DNA of 59,518 nt from Methanobacteriota archaeon (GCA_018691345.1 JABGTJ010000062.1:1-59518), one strand, 5' to 3'; shown: positions 19,504 to 30,652, counted from the first letter of the stretch. Notes: generated by a model not told the origin, from the letters alone. Translations and numbers: made by a program.

Positions 19504-20190
19504 CTATTCATTGTTGGTTGCTCGATGGAGAAGCCATCGGTGAAAACGGTAATCTCCAGTCAGTTCCGGGTGAAACGTCAAGGCCAAACGAGAGCCGTCA
19601 AGAACACCTACTGCTTCCTTTTCAAGATGAACGACTTGATTGCATTCGATGGTTGATTGGTCAAACCTTGGAGCTCGTATGAAGACGCCGTGGAAGTGTT
19701 CTGCTGAAGTTTCAGAACCAGCAGCCTGCACAGGCAGAGGCTGATGGTTGAATTGATTACGTTCATCAGCACTGGATTCTACATCTTTACCGACAGGAAC
19801 TTCAAGATTTACCTCAAGCATGGCTTCAAACGAATCACGCTGGCGTCCCCAAGCGTTTCGGGCAATTCCGGTCCGAATAAACGGCTCGTATGCTGAATCG
19901 GGTTGTGCCAGTAAAATTGCACCGGCACATGTCCCGAGTACTGGACGAAGAGGGTATTTATCCATCCAAGCGTAAATGGCCCCAAGAAGCGATTCGCTTT
20001 GGCTGGCTTTCCTCATTGCGGTTGATTCGCCACCTGGCAAGACCAAACAATCGAGTTGAGAATTAACCTCTTTACCCATCTTAAGGTGAACAACTTCAAC
20101 TTCTAATCCGAGTTGTTGAGAGGCTGCGCGTAACGCTTCTGCGTGCTCATACCGCGCACCTTGAAGCATAGCCAGGCCGACCCTCACCAT
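19504..20190 (-). CDS. pdxT: Pyridoxal 5'-phosphate synthase glutaminase subunit
   Basis: LQG, PGGEST, GTCAGAILL, RNAWGRQRDSF, VFIRAP, FHPE. Confidence 0.93.
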   Translation of the reverse strand: MVRVGLAMLQGARYEHAEALRAASQQLGLEVEVVHLKMGKEVNSQLDCLVLPGGESTAMRKASQSESLLGAIYAWMDKYPLRPVLGTCAGAILLAQPDSAYEPFIRTGIARNAWGRQRDSFEAMLEVNLEVPVGKDVESSADERNQFNHQPLPVQAAGSETSAEHFHGVFIRAPRFDQSTIECNQVVHLEKEAVGVLDGSRLALTFHPELTGDYRFHRWLLHRATNNE

Positions 20191-20306
20191 GGCTTTGGGT
20201 AGATGCCCTTCCCTAAGAGTTCAACGACACAAAGTGGATGAAAGAACGGCCTGCGACCAGACGGGCCACCCACGGAATTGAAAAGCCTCCATCGGTTGCA
20301 TATCCC

Positions 20307-21491
20307 ATGGACAGCAATGATGATTGTTTCCTCGTCCCTGGACCAGTACGAATGAGTGATGAATGCCTTCAAGCGCTTGCATCACCTGTAATGACTGCAC
20401 GAGGGGCTGAATTTAGAGATGTCATGGCACACCTAAATTCGGGATTACGACATGCGTTCAATCTCGCACCATCAGAACCGGTGCGAGGAGTTCAGTCTTG
20501 GGCTGGCGATGACGATTACAAGGTCGTCGTCGTATCCGGTAGTGGCACGGCTGCCATGGAAATGGTCATCGCCAACCGTTTCCGGAGCAACGATCTGGTG
20601 CTGGTGCCGACCAACGGGAAATTCGGTGAACGCGTCGCTGAAATGTGCAAGCGTTTCTGCAATGTCAAACACCTCCAATACGAATGGGGACGAGCATTTG
20701 ATCTGTATGAACTCGAGCAACAGCTTGAACGAGGGTGCTACGAATCATTACTCATCTGCCATAATGAGACGAGTACAGGAATCACTCAAGATGCTGCTGC
20801 TATCGCCGAGATGTGTGCAAGGCACAAGACTTCGTTCATTCTTGACGGCATAACATCGGTCGGAGGAACCGCTGTTCACCCCGAAGAATGGAATGCAGAA
20901 GCTGTGGTCATTGGTGCTCAAAAATGCACAGCTGGACCTTCAGGGATCGCCGCTGTTGCAATCAACTCCCACTTCATTGAACGCGTCCATGCGATACGAG
21001 AACAGGGCGATTCAAACCCGAATTACTACTTTGACATGGTTTCTGCGCTCAAAAAAGGTGACGACGACCAAACACCGTGGACTCCTGCCATCAACCTCGC
21101 AATGGGCTGGGGTGCAGCTCTAGAAGTACTCAAGAACGAGACAAATGAAGGCCGTTGGAATCGTTGCCAAACGATGGCAAAGGGCGTGCGGAATTTATTC
21201 ACAGACCTTGGATTCGAGTTCTTGGCTGATTCTGAACAACGAAGCGACACTGTGACGGCAATTCTATACCCGGAAGGTATCAATGATGAATGGAGAACTC
21301 GTCTCAAAGACGACTTCAACACACAAGTCATTGGTGCTCAAGACCACCTCAAGGGCAAGATGTTCCGCGTCGGCTCGATGGGTGAGACTCCGATTTCTGA
21401 GATGATTGAGGGGTGTAAGCGTATGATTGAGTGCTTTGCCACATTCGGTCATGAATTGCCGCAACTCGATGTGGATTCGTATTTCGTTTGA
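20307..21491 (+). CDS. Class V aminotransferase (serine-pyruvate/alanine-glyoxylate type)
   Basis: LVPGPV, GSGTAAME, NGKFGER, HNETSTG, GAQK (PLP Lys), QTPWTP, FRVGSMG. Confidence 0.9.
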   Translation: MDSNDDCFLVPGPVRMSDECLQALASPVMTARGAEFRDVMAHLNSGLRHAFNLAPSEPVRGVQSWAGDDDYKVVVVSGSGTAAMEMVIANRFRSNDLVLVPTNGKFGERVAEMCKRFCNVKHLQYEWGRAFDLYELEQQLERGCYESLLICHNETSTGITQDAAAIAEMCARHKTSFILDGITSVGGTAVHPEEWNAEAVVIGAQKCTAGPSGIAAVAINSHFIERVHAIREQGDSNPNYYFDMVSALKKGDDDQTPWTPAINLAMGWGAALEVLKNETNEGRWNRCQTMAKGVRNLFTDLGFEFLADSEQRSDTVTAILYPEGINDEWRTRLKDDFNTQVIGAQDHLKGKMFRVGSMGETPISEMIEGCKRMIECFATFGHELPQLDVDSYFV

Positions 21492-21500
21492 GGAATCTTG

Positions 21501-22052
21501 ATGACCAGATATATCGTACTTGGACGATTTCAACCCTTCCACATGGGCCATGCCCACCTCGTGAAATCAGCACATGATATGTTATCCGGTAACGATGAAC
21601 TGGTGCTGGCAATCGGTTCAAAGCAAGCGGAGTGGGAGCCGAATAACCCGTGGACTGCCGAAGAAAGGCAAGCCATGATTCAAGCATGGGCCGATGCAGA
21701 AGGAATTATCTGTAGTATTGTCGCAATTGAAGACATCAATGACCCTCCGAATTGGGTCAGCCATGCCAGCAAAACCCACGGCCTTGGCACGTTAGTCACG
21801 ACGGATACAGCAACTGCAAACTTGTATAAAGAGGCTCAATTCATGGTTGAAGAAGTCGAAATGAATGAGCGAGAACGCCTTGAAGGGTGGCGCATACGCC
21901 AAACTGCAAAGATGTTGTCAACGGTGTATGATGATGAGGCTGTTCGTGAAGTGCTCAAGGCAAGTATTCCTGGGCCGGTTATTGAGTGGCTCATCGACAG
22001 CGATGCTTTGTTTCGATTGTCGACGTTTGAGACTGGCGTTTACGCAGGATGA
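21501..22052 (+). CDS. nadM: Nicotinamide-nucleotide adenylyltransferase (archaeal type)
   Basis: GRFQPFHMGH, AIGS, NPWTAEER. Confidence 0.88.
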   Translation: MTRYIVLGRFQPFHMGHAHLVKSAHDMLSGNDELVLAIGSKQAEWEPNNPWTAEERQAMIQAWADAEGIICSIVAIEDINDPPNWVSHASKTHGLGTLVTTDTATANLYKEAQFMVEEVEMNERERLEGWRIRQTAKMLSTVYDDEAVREVLKASIPGPVIEWLIDSDALFRLSTFETGVYAG

Positions 22053-22298
22053 TTACTTTCGAAAGAGTTTCTTCTTGACTTCCTTCTTCATTTGCTCTTT
22101 TGCAACTTCTTGAATTTTTTCTTGAGCCTTTGCTTTCAATCCACCTGCGGCATCAGATATTTTTTCCTTCGCCTTTTCTTTAATCGGCCGGGTTACTTCA
22201 TCAATGACGTGTCTCTTTGCACTTTCCGTTGCTGACTTCGCAGCATCCTTTGCCACCTTTCCGGCTTTGCCTGCTACTTTACCCGCGAGTTTCTTCAT
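22053..22298 (-). CDS. Small Lys/Ala-rich hypothetical protein
   Basis: 81-aa ORF that fills the gap between grpE and nadM; low-complexity KVAGKAGKVA. Confidence 0.65.
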   Translation of the reverse strand: MKKLAGKVAGKAGKVAKDAAKSATESAKRHVIDEVTRPIKEKAKEKISDAAGGLKAKAQEKIQEVAKEQMKKEVKKKLFRK

Positions 22299-22337
22299 GT
22301 AACGCACAGAGCGTGCCGAAACAAGAACCTTGCGCCG

Positions 22338-22916
22338 TCATTCATCAGAAGCGACGACCACTCTCGCAGCCGTCAGAACCCGTTGTTTGTACATGTATCC
22401 GGCTTCAAGGACGTCCACAACCTTACCCGCAGGGAAGGCGTCAGATGCTGGAATCGTAGTGATGGCATCCATTTTCGCAGGGTCAAAAGATTGTTCTTTG
22501 GCTTCAATAGCCACTACACCGTCAGCGGCAAGCTCATGCCACATTTTGTTTCGTAGCAAGCGTAGACCTTGTGCTACAGCAGAAGTATCGTCTTCCTCCA
22601 GATTTGTAATGGCTCGGTCAACATCCCCCAATACAGTGAGCATTCTACGAGCAAGACCCATACCGCTGTATTGAATCAATTCTGCTTTTTCGGCCATGAG
22701 CCGTTTGCGGACATTTTGAATTTCAGCATCCTTGTAAGCAATTTCTTTCTCTGCCTTCTCTGCCCGAAGCGTCGCTTCTTCAAGAGGATCGACTTCTTCC
22801 ACTTCAATCGTGTCTGCCAAGTCGATGGTTTCCATCCCTTCCTCAACAACAGGGACTGTGTCATCTGTATCAGGTTCAGATTCATCCGGCTCGACAGGAG
22901 GGGTATCTTCGCTCAT
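22338..22916 (-). CDS. grpE: Nucleotide exchange factor GrpE
   Basis: AEIQNVRKR, FDP..MDAI, GYMY..RVL.AARVVV. Confidence 0.93.
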   Translation of the reverse strand: MSEDTPPVEPDESEPDTDDTVPVVEEGMETIDLADTIEVEEVDPLEEATLRAEKAEKEIAYKDAEIQNVRKRLMAEKAELIQYSGMGLARRMLTVLGDVDRAITNLEEDDTSAVAQGLRLLRNKMWHELAADGVVAIEAKEQSFDPAKMDAITTIPASDAFPAGKVVDVLEAGYMYKQRVLTAARVVVASDE

Positions 22917-22955
22917 TGTATCACGCGTCTTCGAAGTGGTCTTTGAACCCCACGA

Positions 22956-23636
22956 TTAGTCAGTTAGGAAGTGTCGAAGATTCCAACTACCGTGACCCCA
23001 CTGGTCAGCCTTGAGATGTTCACGGCCAAGTATACCAACCAAATCAGGCGTTGAACTCAATACAGAAAGGGCATGAATCAGCAACCGAGTTGCTCGATCA
23101 TGTGCTTCATAGGTCGGAACTATTTTCGGATCTTCCTTTTCGTCCAAGGTCTCACCAAGTGCTTTTCGTCTTTCCATCCAATCCATGCATACTGATTCAG
23201 CAAACTCATCTTCGGGAATACCGTTGAGCCGAGACCGTACATCGTCCCATGTTGATTCCGAATACAGGTCTTCACTGCTTTCAATGACTCGATTGAGTGC
23301 TACATCAAGATAGAGGAAGGCTCTGCCTTCCCAAACTTCCCATGCGCCTGGACTTGCCCAGTTCATGAGATGAAGCAGACCTTGACTCCCTTCACCCAGT
23401 TCTTTGAGAACGTGAAGAACTGTAGAATCACTCTGTGTTTCCATGCTGTCCATCCAGTCCAAGATTTCCGCCTCACAGTCAATATCAAACGCCCGTTTTA
23501 GCCGTTTATCATGCGCAGGCCGTGCATCACGGAACTCGCCACCGTCCATACCTTGGTAGAGCTGATTCCATGATTTTTGCAGCAAATGTTCGAGGGCAGT
23601 TTTGTCAACCAGCAACAGAACCAGTTCGATGCCCAT
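22956..23636 (-). CDS. Hypothetical protein (acidic, Trp-rich)
   Basis: 226-aa ORF filling the gap upstream of grpE on the same strand; no motif recognised. Confidence 0.7.
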   Translation of the reverse strand: MGIELVLLLVDKTALEHLLQKSWNQLYQGMDGGEFRDARPAHDKRLKRAFDIDCEAEILDWMDSMETQSDSTVLHVLKELGEGSQGLLHLMNWASPGAWEVWEGRAFLYLDVALNRVIESSEDLYSESTWDDVRSRLNGIPEDEFAESVCMDWMERRKALGETLDEKEDPKIVPTYEAHDRATRLLIHALSVLSSTPDLVGILGREHLKADQWGHGSWNLRHFLTD

Positions 23637-23766
23637 GGTGTTTCCAAAACGCCGTCTCGTTTGATGTCATCGGCTGATGGTGGCAGGATTGAAACGCATA
23701 TTCCACCGAGGGCAGAGAAGAGCATTCAAGAAGAACGGTTGCTCCGATGGAAACAGAGGCTTTGTA

Positions 23767-24882
23767 ATGGCGACAATCAAGGAGCAGATCGAATTGATCC
23801 GCGTCGAGATTGACAAGACACAAAAGAACAAGGCTACAAACGCTCACATTGGTAAACTAAAGGCCAAGATAGCGCAATTGAAAATCAAGGAAGAGAAAGC
23901 CCATGCGCACTCGAAGGCCAGCGGTGGAGGCAAAGGTTTCGAAGTCAAGAAATCCGGCGATGCTACCGTTGCTTTGGTTGGCTTCCCGTCGGTAGGAAAA
24001 TCAACGCTCATCTCCAAGGTAACCGATGCTCACTCCGAAGTTGCTGGATACGCCTTCACAACCCTCACCTGCATCCCTGGCGTCATGGAGCATCGGGGTG
24101 CAAAAATTCAGATTTTGGATTTACCTGGACTCATCAAGGGAGCGGCAGAAGGAAAGGGTCGAGGTCGTGAGATTCTCAACGTCATTCGCAGTGCAGATAT
24201 GGTGTTGTACATTGTTGACCCGTTCCAAGATGCACACTTTAACGTCCTCCACAGAGAATTGCACAATGCTGGACTAAGACTCAATGAAACCAAGCCTCCA
24301 GTGTTCATCAAGCGAACTGAACGTGGAGGTATCGATGTCCGAACTACAGTTGAACAAACGCACCTTTCGCACGAAGAGATGAGTGAAATTATACGTTCAT
24401 TCGGCTACACATCTGCGATTGTCACGCTTCGTAACGACACGACTGCAGAACAAATTGTGGATTGTCTTGCTGAAAATAGAATCTATGAAAAGGCGGTCAT
24501 TGCAATCAATAAGATTGATATTGCCACGGAAGAAGACCTTGTTCGCTCTCGTAAATCTCTGCCTGAAAACTGGCCAGTAATGCGAATTTCTGCATTCAAA
24601 GATATTGGATTGGAGGAATTAAAGGATTTCATTTATGACAACCTTGGCTTCATGCGGGTCTATCTCAAACCGCAAGGACAAGAGGCTGACATGGAAGAGC
24701 CGCTTATTGTCAAAGACGATTCGACTGTTCAACACATCTGCAACAAACTTCACCGTGATTTCGTTCGAAAGTTCCGATACGCTCGTGTCAAAGGACCAAG
24801 TGCAAAATTCGATTGGCAGCGTGTTGGCTTGGACCACTTGCTCAAAGATGGTGATCTGGTTACCATCGTTGTTCGACGATGA
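23767..24882 (+). CDS. DRG/OBG-family GTPase with TGS domain
   Basis: KNKATNAHIG, GFPSVGKST, YAFTTL, DLPGLI, NKID, C-terminal TGS; start ATG 23767. Confidence 0.95.
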   Translation: MATIKEQIELIRVEIDKTQKNKATNAHIGKLKAKIAQLKIKEEKAHAHSKASGGGKGFEVKKSGDATVALVGFPSVGKSTLISKVTDAHSEVAGYAFTTLTCIPGVMEHRGAKIQILDLPGLIKGAAEGKGRGREILNVIRSADMVLYIVDPFQDAHFNVLHRELHNAGLRLNETKPPVFIKRTERGGIDVRTTVEQTHLSHEEMSEIIRSFGYTSAIVTLRNDTTAEQIVDCLAENRIYEKAVIAINKIDIATEEDLVRSRKSLPENWPVMRISAFKDIGLEELKDFIYDNLGFMRVYLKPQGQEADMEEPLIVKDDSTVQHICNKLHRDFVRKFRYARVKGPSAKFDWQRVGLDHLLKDGDLVTIVVRR

Positions 24883-25200
24883 TTAATCCCAGATTCCCAT
24901 ATCCATTCTGGCGTCTTCAGTTGCATGGATTTTGGGGTCCCATCTTGGAGACCACACTAAATTGATGTGTACCGAATCAAGTCCTTCGGTTTGCAGTGCA
25001 GCACGGTGGGCTGCCGCCATGATTTCCGGTGCTGCGGGACAGCCTGGAGATGTCAACGTCAGGTCGACTTCTGCATGAAGACCCTCTGATTTTTCTTCAA
25101 ACCGAACATCATAGACAAGACCCAACTCGACGATGGAGAGTTCCAATTCAGGGTCTTCGACTTCGTCCAACTGCGTCATAACATCTTGTTTTTCAACCAT
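24883..25200 (-). CDS. sufT: DUF59/SufT metal-sulfur cluster assembly factor
   Basis: DPEL..SIVELGLVY, TLTSPGCP, VWSPRW. Confidence 0.9.
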   Translation of the reverse strand: MVEKQDVMTQLDEVEDPELELSIVELGLVYDVRFEEKSEGLHAEVDLTLTSPGCPAAPEIMAAAHRAALQTEGLDSVHINLVWSPRWDPKIHATEDARMDMGIWD

Positions 25201-25209
25201 ACAATCACC

Positions 25210-25620
25210 TTATTCAAGAACTCGAATCTCCTTCATCACCTTATCGAACATGTTTCGAAATCCGTTGGAGCGGCTTGGAGAGAGTGAATTGAGAATGCCC
25301 ATCTCTTCGACAAAGTCAGGTGAGAGAAGAAGCGCTTGAGCAGGAGCACTACCGTTGATAGCAATGGACAGAATGCCCATGAGCCCTTGAACCAGTTTGG
25401 CGTCTGCTCCTGAAAGAAGAAGAACTTTACCGTCTTGAAGTTCAACTTTGACATGGGCTTCTGATTGACAGCCTTGGACCTTGGAAATTGCTGACCATTG
25501 GTCTGCGGGAAAGGGAATGACTTCATCCGCCATGTCAAACACCATCTCAAGGCGTTCCATTTTATCCTCGACCTCTTGGAACTCTTCAATCAATTCTGCG
25601 AGATCTGCTGGATACGTCAT
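25210..25620 (-). CDS. sufE: Cysteine desulfuration protein SufE
   Basis: VQGCQS acceptor Cys, DA.LVQGL, LSPSRSNG. Confidence 0.92.
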   Translation of the reverse strand: MTYPADLAELIEEFQEVEDKMERLEMVFDMADEVIPFPADQWSAISKVQGCQSEAHVKVELQDGKVLLLSGADAKLVQGLMGILSIAINGSAPAQALLLSPDFVEEMGILNSLSPSRSNGFRNMFDKVMKEIRVLE

Positions 25621-26819
25621 CCAAATCTCCCCGTGATGTACTTCATCTGTTCAATGAAGAGTTCCGCTTCATCCATTGTATTGTAGAGATAGAAAGAAGC
25701 ACGAACGGTCCCGGAGATGCCAAGACGGTGAAGGAGGGGTTGAGCGCAGTGATGGCCCGTTCTCACTGCGATTCCTCGCGAATCGAGTAAGTGCGCTAAA
25801 TCTTCACTCTGAATGGTTGGGTGAAGGAAGGAAACTACTGCACTGTCACCTGCCTCGTGACGCCCATAAACCGAGATATCCATCTCACGTAGCTGCTGAG
25901 CCACCCACCGTGCAATACCAACGAGGCGTTGATGTTCTTCACGAAGGTCGAGTGATGACATCCAATCAAAGGCAGCACACCAGCCAATCGCTTCAGCAAT
26001 ACGTGGTGTTCCCGCCTCGAATTTGTGTTCGTTGGTTTGGTAAGTAGAACCGTTTACAGTTACGGTTTCGATCATGTCCCCACCGCCCATGAAGGGTTGC
26101 ATGGTTTCGAAGACATCTGGTTGAATTAAAAGTGCACCAATACCTGTCGGACCGCACATTTTGTGGGCAGAAAAGGCCATGAAATCTGCTTTTGATTCCT
26201 TAAAGTTAATTCGTTCGTGCGGCACTCCTTGTGCTGCGTCAATCAAAACCAATGCACCGTTTTCGTGTGCGAGCTTGGTTATATCTTCAAGCGGATTACG
26301 AACTCCAAGAACGTTCGATGTGTGGACAACACAAACCAATTTTGCGTTTGTGAGGGATGCAGCGTACACTTCCATGTCAAGAGTAAAATCCTCCATTACA
26401 GGGACATATCTCAACTCAATACCACGCTCTTCAGCGAGCATTTGCCATGGGACAATATCGGAGTGATGTTCCATTTCAGTAAGTACAATTGCATCACCCT
26501 CCTTCAAGTTTGCACGGCCCCAAGCATGCGCTACCAGATTGATCGCTTCGGTGGTGCCACTGGTAATGACCGCTCGTTCAGCGTTGAACCATTCCTTCAG
26601 TTGGGTTCGGCATGATTCGTAGCCCTCGGTGGCTTCACCGGCGAGTGTATGTACTGCTCGATGTACATTGGAATTTGAGGAGGTGTAATACTCGTTCATG
26701 GCATCCAGTACCACTTGTGGCTTCTGGGTCGTGGCAGCATTATCCAAATAGATAAGCGGATAGCCGTTAACCTCTCTTTTGAGGATTGGAAAATCATCAC
26801 GCAGAGCCACGAGTATCAC
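25617..26819 (-). CDS. sufS: Cysteine desulfurase SufS
   Basis: YLDNAATTQKP, MEHHS, FSAHKM, RTGHHCAQP, RASFYLYN. Confidence 0.95.
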   Translation of the reverse strand: MILVALRDDFPILKREVNGYPLIYLDNAATTQKPQVVLDAMNEYYTSSNSNVHRAVHTLAGEATEGYESCRTQLKEWFNAERAVITSGTTEAINLVAHAWGRANLKEGDAIVLTEMEHHSDIVPWQMLAEERGIELRYVPVMEDFTLDMEVYAASLTNAKLVCVVHTSNVLGVRNPLEDITKLAHENGALVLIDAAQGVPHERINFKESKADFMAFSAHKMCGPTGIGALLIQPDVFETMQPFMGGGDMIETVTVNGSTYQTNEHKFEAGTPRIAEAIGWCAAFDWMSSLDLREEHQRLVGIARWVAQQLREMDISVYGRHEAGDSAVVSFLHPTIQSEDLAHLLDSRGIAVRTGHHCAQPLLHRLGISGTVRASFYLYNTMDEAELFIEQMKYITGRFG

Positions 26820-27856
26820 CTTTTGAGTTCACATTCGAGATGCACGGTTAATCGAGTGCGCATTTCCTCAAGCAACTGTTTGTTGGTGAGGTTGGAGAAC
26901 GCATTATAGAGAAACCCGTTTACAATAACGGACTGTGCTTCTTCAGGGCTTAGGCCCCGGGACATGAGGTAATGCAGTTGATTCCTGTCAATCGGCGCAC
27001 TGGCTGCTCCGTGCGCTGCAGAAACATCATCTGCAAGCACTTCCAGTTCTGGAATGGCTTCTGCACGTGCTTTTTCAGAAAGTAGCAAGTTTCGGAACAC
27101 TTGAGATGCATCGGATTTGTTGGCGCCCTCTGCAATCGTAAGCAGCCCAGTTCCAATGAAATGGCTGTTTCCACCGCAAGCAGAATTCATGACCAAATCG
27201 GATTGAGTGTGTCCGTGGTGATGGTGTATCTCGACGTGTTTGTCATCGTGTCGAGAGCCGTCAGCGTTGACGGTAATTGATTGGCGAACGGAAGATCCGG
27301 TGCCGTTGAGCGATGTTCGCAGATCAGATTTGCAGCGGAAACCACCAACTGAAAGTGTTGCATGCTCAAGGGAAGAATCTCGATCCAGTTGCCAGTCCTC
27401 ACATCGTAGGAACTTCGTGTTTGAGTCCAGTTCGTTGATGAAGCCAAACGCAAGGTGTGCATTTGGATGCAGATTTCCAGTGATGTGGAGGCCGACCCAT
27501 TCCGGTTCTCCAGAAATATGTAGGAACACAACTGCTGAGCCTTTCACATCGAGGTGAAGATGACCAACGGCAACATGCCCTGAAGCCCTGGCATTGATGT
27601 GAATTGGTTCGGACTCATCGTTGAGAGACATTTGAGAGGATGAGCCACCTGCAGCTTGCAAAAAGGCTCGCGCTATGTCACCTTGAGAATCCTGGGATGG
27701 CTGAATGGAATTGAGGACTTGTGGCCCATCGTTGGAGAAAATTACATCGTCAGCAGACGGTACATCATCGGTTTTTGTGGGGTGAATCCGAGGCCAAGGT
27801 GTGTATCGCCAGAGATGTTCAGATCGGGGGGGAATTGGCATTTGATGGTACATCAT
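26816..27856 (-). CDS. sufD: Fe-S cluster assembly protein SufD
   Basis: [38 protein letters not shown]. Confidence 0.9.
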   Translation of the reverse strand: MMYHQMPIPPRSEHLWRYTPWPRIHPTKTDDVPSADDVIFSNDGPQVLNSIQPSQDSQGDIARAFLQAAGGSSSQMSLNDESEPIHINARASGHVAVGHLHLDVKGSAVVFLHISGEPEWVGLHITGNLHPNAHLAFGFINELDSNTKFLRCEDWQLDRDSSLEHATLSVGGFRCKSDLRTSLNGTGSSVRQSITVNADGSRHDDKHVEIHHHHGHTQSDLVMNSACGGNSHFIGTGLLTIAEGANKSDASQVFRNLLLSEKARAEAIPELEVLADDVSAAHGAASAPIDRNQLHYLMSRGLSPEEAQSVIVNGFLYNAFSNLTNKQLLEEMRTRLTVHLECELKR

Positions 27857-29259
27857 CCAATGGAACCCTCCATTTCCAGTTCGAGTAACTTGTTCAATTC
27901 CACCGCATATTCCATCGGAAGTTCACGGGTGAACGGTTCAAAGAATCCGTTAACAATCAATCCCATTGCTGCTTCTTCATTGAATCCTCGGCTCATCAGA
28001 TAAAACAACTGGTCATTGGAGACTTTCGATACGCTTGCTTCGTGTTCGAGGTCTGAAGTTGAGTTTCCAATTTCCATGGTAGGATAGGTATCGGAGCGCG
28101 AGTCTGAATCCAAGATGAGAGCATCGCAGACCACTTTCGAGCGGCATCCAGTCGATTTGGGAGTGACTTGTAGCAAACCACGGTAGGATGAACGGCCGCC
28201 ATCTTTGGAAATGGACTTGGAAAGGATGTTCGATGTTGTATTGGATGCCAAGTGGTGAACCTTCGCACCGGTATCTTGGTGTTGACCCTTACCTGCATAG
28301 GCCACAGATATGACTTCTGCGTGGGCACCTTCGCCCTTGAGAAGAACCGATGGGTACTTCATCGTCAATTTCGAGCCAATGTTTCCATCAACCCATTCTA
28401 CGGTTGCGTTCCGGTGAGCTACGGCTCGCTTTGTCACGAGATTGTAGACGTTACTTGACCAGTTTTGAACCGTCGAATATCGAATCTTAGCACCGTCCAT
28501 AGCGATGAGTTCGACGACTGCTGAGTGAAGTGAGTCGGTTGAATAACTTGGAGCAGTGCATCCCTCAACATAGTGAACAGAACTGCCTTCATCTGCAATA
28601 ATGAGCGTACGCTCGAACTGGCCCATGTTTTTGGCATTGATGCGGAAATAAGCTTGCACAGGCATTTCTACATGTACACCTTTTGGAATGTAGAGGAACG
28701 AGCCTCCGGACCAAACTGCAGTGTTCAAGGCAGAGAATTTATTGTCGCTGTGAGGGATGACCGTGCCGAAGTATTTCTTGACGATTTCCGGGTATTCCTT
28801 GAGCCCAGAATCCATGTCGAGGAAGATGACACCTTGTTCTTCGAGGTCTTCACGAATCGAATGGTAAACCGCTTCGGATTCGTATTGAGCGGTGACACCA
28901 CCAAGCCACTTTTGTTCGGCTTCGGGAATTCCGAGTCGATCGAATGTGTTTTTGATGTCATCAGGAACGTCATCCCACGATTTCTCAGTTTTGTTTGAAG
29001 AGCGCAAAAAGTAAGTGATGCTTTCAAAATCAATGGAGTCAAGAAGTGCGCAGTTGCCCCACTCAGGCATGACGCGTTCCTCGAAGTGACGGTAGGCTTT
29101 GACTCGGATATCGGTCATCCATTCTGGCTCGTTCTTGAGTTCAGATATATCTCGCACGACTTGTTCTGAAAGCCCTTTGTCGAAGCGAATCGTCGAGTTT
29201 TCTGGGTCGTGAAACCCATATTTGTAATCTCCAATAATATCTTGCGTATCGTCCGTCAT
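27853..29259 (-). CDS. sufB: Fe-S cluster assembly protein SufB
   Basis: [44 protein letters not shown]. Confidence 0.97.
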   Translation of the reverse strand: MTDDTQDIIGDYKYGFHDPENSTIRFDKGLSEQVVRDISELKNEPEWMTDIRVKAYRHFEERVMPEWGNCALLDSIDFESITYFLRSSNKTEKSWDDVPDDIKNTFDRLGIPEAEQKWLGGVTAQYESEAVYHSIREDLEEQGVIFLDMDSGLKEYPEIVKKYFGTVIPHSDNKFSALNTAVWSGGSFLYIPKGVHVEMPVQAYFRINAKNMGQFERTLIIADEGSSVHYVEGCTAPSYSTDSLHSAVVELIAMDGAKIRYSTVQNWSSNVYNLVTKRAVAHRNATVEWVDGNIGSKLTMKYPSVLLKGEGAHAEVISVAYAGKGQHQDTGAKVHHLASNTTSNILSKSISKDGGRSSYRGLLQVTPKSTGCRSKVVCDALILDSDSRSDTYPTMEIGNSTSDLEHEASVSKVSNDQLFYLMSRGFNEEAAMGLIVNGFFEPFTRELPMEYAVELNKLLELEMEGSIG

Positions 29260-29268
29260 AAAAACACC

Positions 29269-30012
29269 TCAAGCAGTGACCTCAAGCCAGTCGTATCCTC
29301 TGTCTTCGAGTTCCAAAGCCAATTCCGGCCCACCAGTACGTATGATGACGCCGTCAATCATTGCGTGTACATAGTGCGGCTTGACCAAGTCGAGTAGACG
29401 TTGGTAATGAGTGATAATAAGGCAGGCCGAATCTACAGCGACTTCGTTAATGCCCTGTGCCACGATGCGAAGAGCGTCAATGTCGAGTCCAGAATCTGTT
29501 TCATCAAGAAGAGCCAAATGAGGTTGAAGCAACAACATCTGGAGGATTTCGAGCCGTTTCTTTTCACCGCCACTGAATCCGTCGTTGACATAGCGTGAAA
29601 GGAAACTTTTGTCCATCGACAACTGGTCCATAGCAGCATTGAGTTCTTTGCGGAATTCACGGCCTTTCGGTGGATTTTCACGTACTGAGGCGACTGACTT
29701 CTTGAGGAACGTGCCTACTTGGACTCCTGGAATTGCAGCTGGGTATTGGAACGAGAGGAACATTCCTGCACGTGCACGTTGAAAGACTTCTAAATTTTCC
29801 AGAGGTTCACCTTTGAAGTAGATGCGGCCCGATGTAATTTCGTAAGCAGGATGGCCCATGACCACGTTCGCCAATGTTGACTTGCCTGCGCCATTACGTC
29901 CCATGATGGCATGGATTTCTCCACGATGAATCGTGAGGCTTAGTCCTTTGAGGATAGGGGTGCCTTCGACGCTAACATGGAGATTTTCTACTCGTAAGAT
30001 TTCATCTGCCAT
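29269..30012 (-). CDS. sufC: Fe-S cluster assembly ATPase SufC
   Basis: GRNGAGKST, FQYP, GFSGGEKKR, LDETDSGLDIDAL, ITHYQRLL. Confidence 0.97.
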   Translation of the reverse strand: MADEILRVENLHVSVEGTPILKGLSLTIHRGEIHAIMGRNGAGKSTLANVVMGHPAYEITSGRIYFKGEPLENLEVFQRARAGMFLSFQYPAAIPGVQVGTFLKKSVASVRENPPKGREFRKELNAAMDQLSMDKSFLSRYVNDGFSGGEKKRLEILQMLLLQPHLALLDETDSGLDIDALRIVAQGINEVAVDSACLIITHYQRLLDLVKPHYVHAMIDGVIIRTGGPELALELEDRGYDWLEVTA

Positions 30013-30137
30013 TACCCTCACCTGCTTACCCCTCGCGGAACTCCCTTATGAAGTGGTGTAATCATGCTTGATACCGGTTACTGCGTAGATACTTAGCCCA
30101 CACCATAGTTGAAGAGGAATGGAAGGGAGGCCGTATC

Positions 30138-30596
30138 ATGACCGAAGACGACTTGGTGGCTAAATACGCCGCTGAAGCCAAGGCAGCCATGTCAGCGGAA
30201 GCAAGCCGTCGAATTGACGAAATGACAGACCCTGTTGTCGAGCAGCGACTTCGCACCACTTCTCTTCTGAAATTCATAGGACAGGATGACTTTGTCCCTG
30301 CACTTTTATCCCGCCTCGGTGATGTTCGAGCAGCACTTGACGGTCACGGCGGTGGTATCGCCGTCACATCGCTCGACTGGGCGGAAGGCGAAGATGCCCT
30401 ACTGGATTTGGTATTGGACCTCACCGGTGCCTGCCTGTCATGCGGAGCAGCTCCGGGCACCCTTGAAGGTGTCAAAACAGATTTGGAAAATGATAACGAG
30501 ATTTCGAGAATTCGTTTCTCATCCGCATTGCTTGATACGTTTGACGAACTCGGACGTGAATTCATTTTGGCTCACGGCGCAGTCGAGTTTGTTTAA
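30138..30596 (+). CDS. NifU/Nfu-family Fe-S carrier
   Basis: VRAALDGHGGGI and LTGACLSCG (CxxC); divergent from the suf operon. Confidence 0.85.
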   Translation: MTEDDLVAKYAAEAKAAMSAEASRRIDEMTDPVVEQRLRTTSLLKFIGQDDFVPALLSRLGDVRAALDGHGGGIAVTSLDWAEGEDALLDLVLDLTGACLSCGAAPGTLEGVKTDLENDNEISRIRFSSALLDTFDELGREFILAHGAVEFV

Positions 30597-30652
30597 CGAT
30601 ATGATTCAACTTTAACGGATGGATTGAAGCACACGAAGGAGAGGGTCGATGC

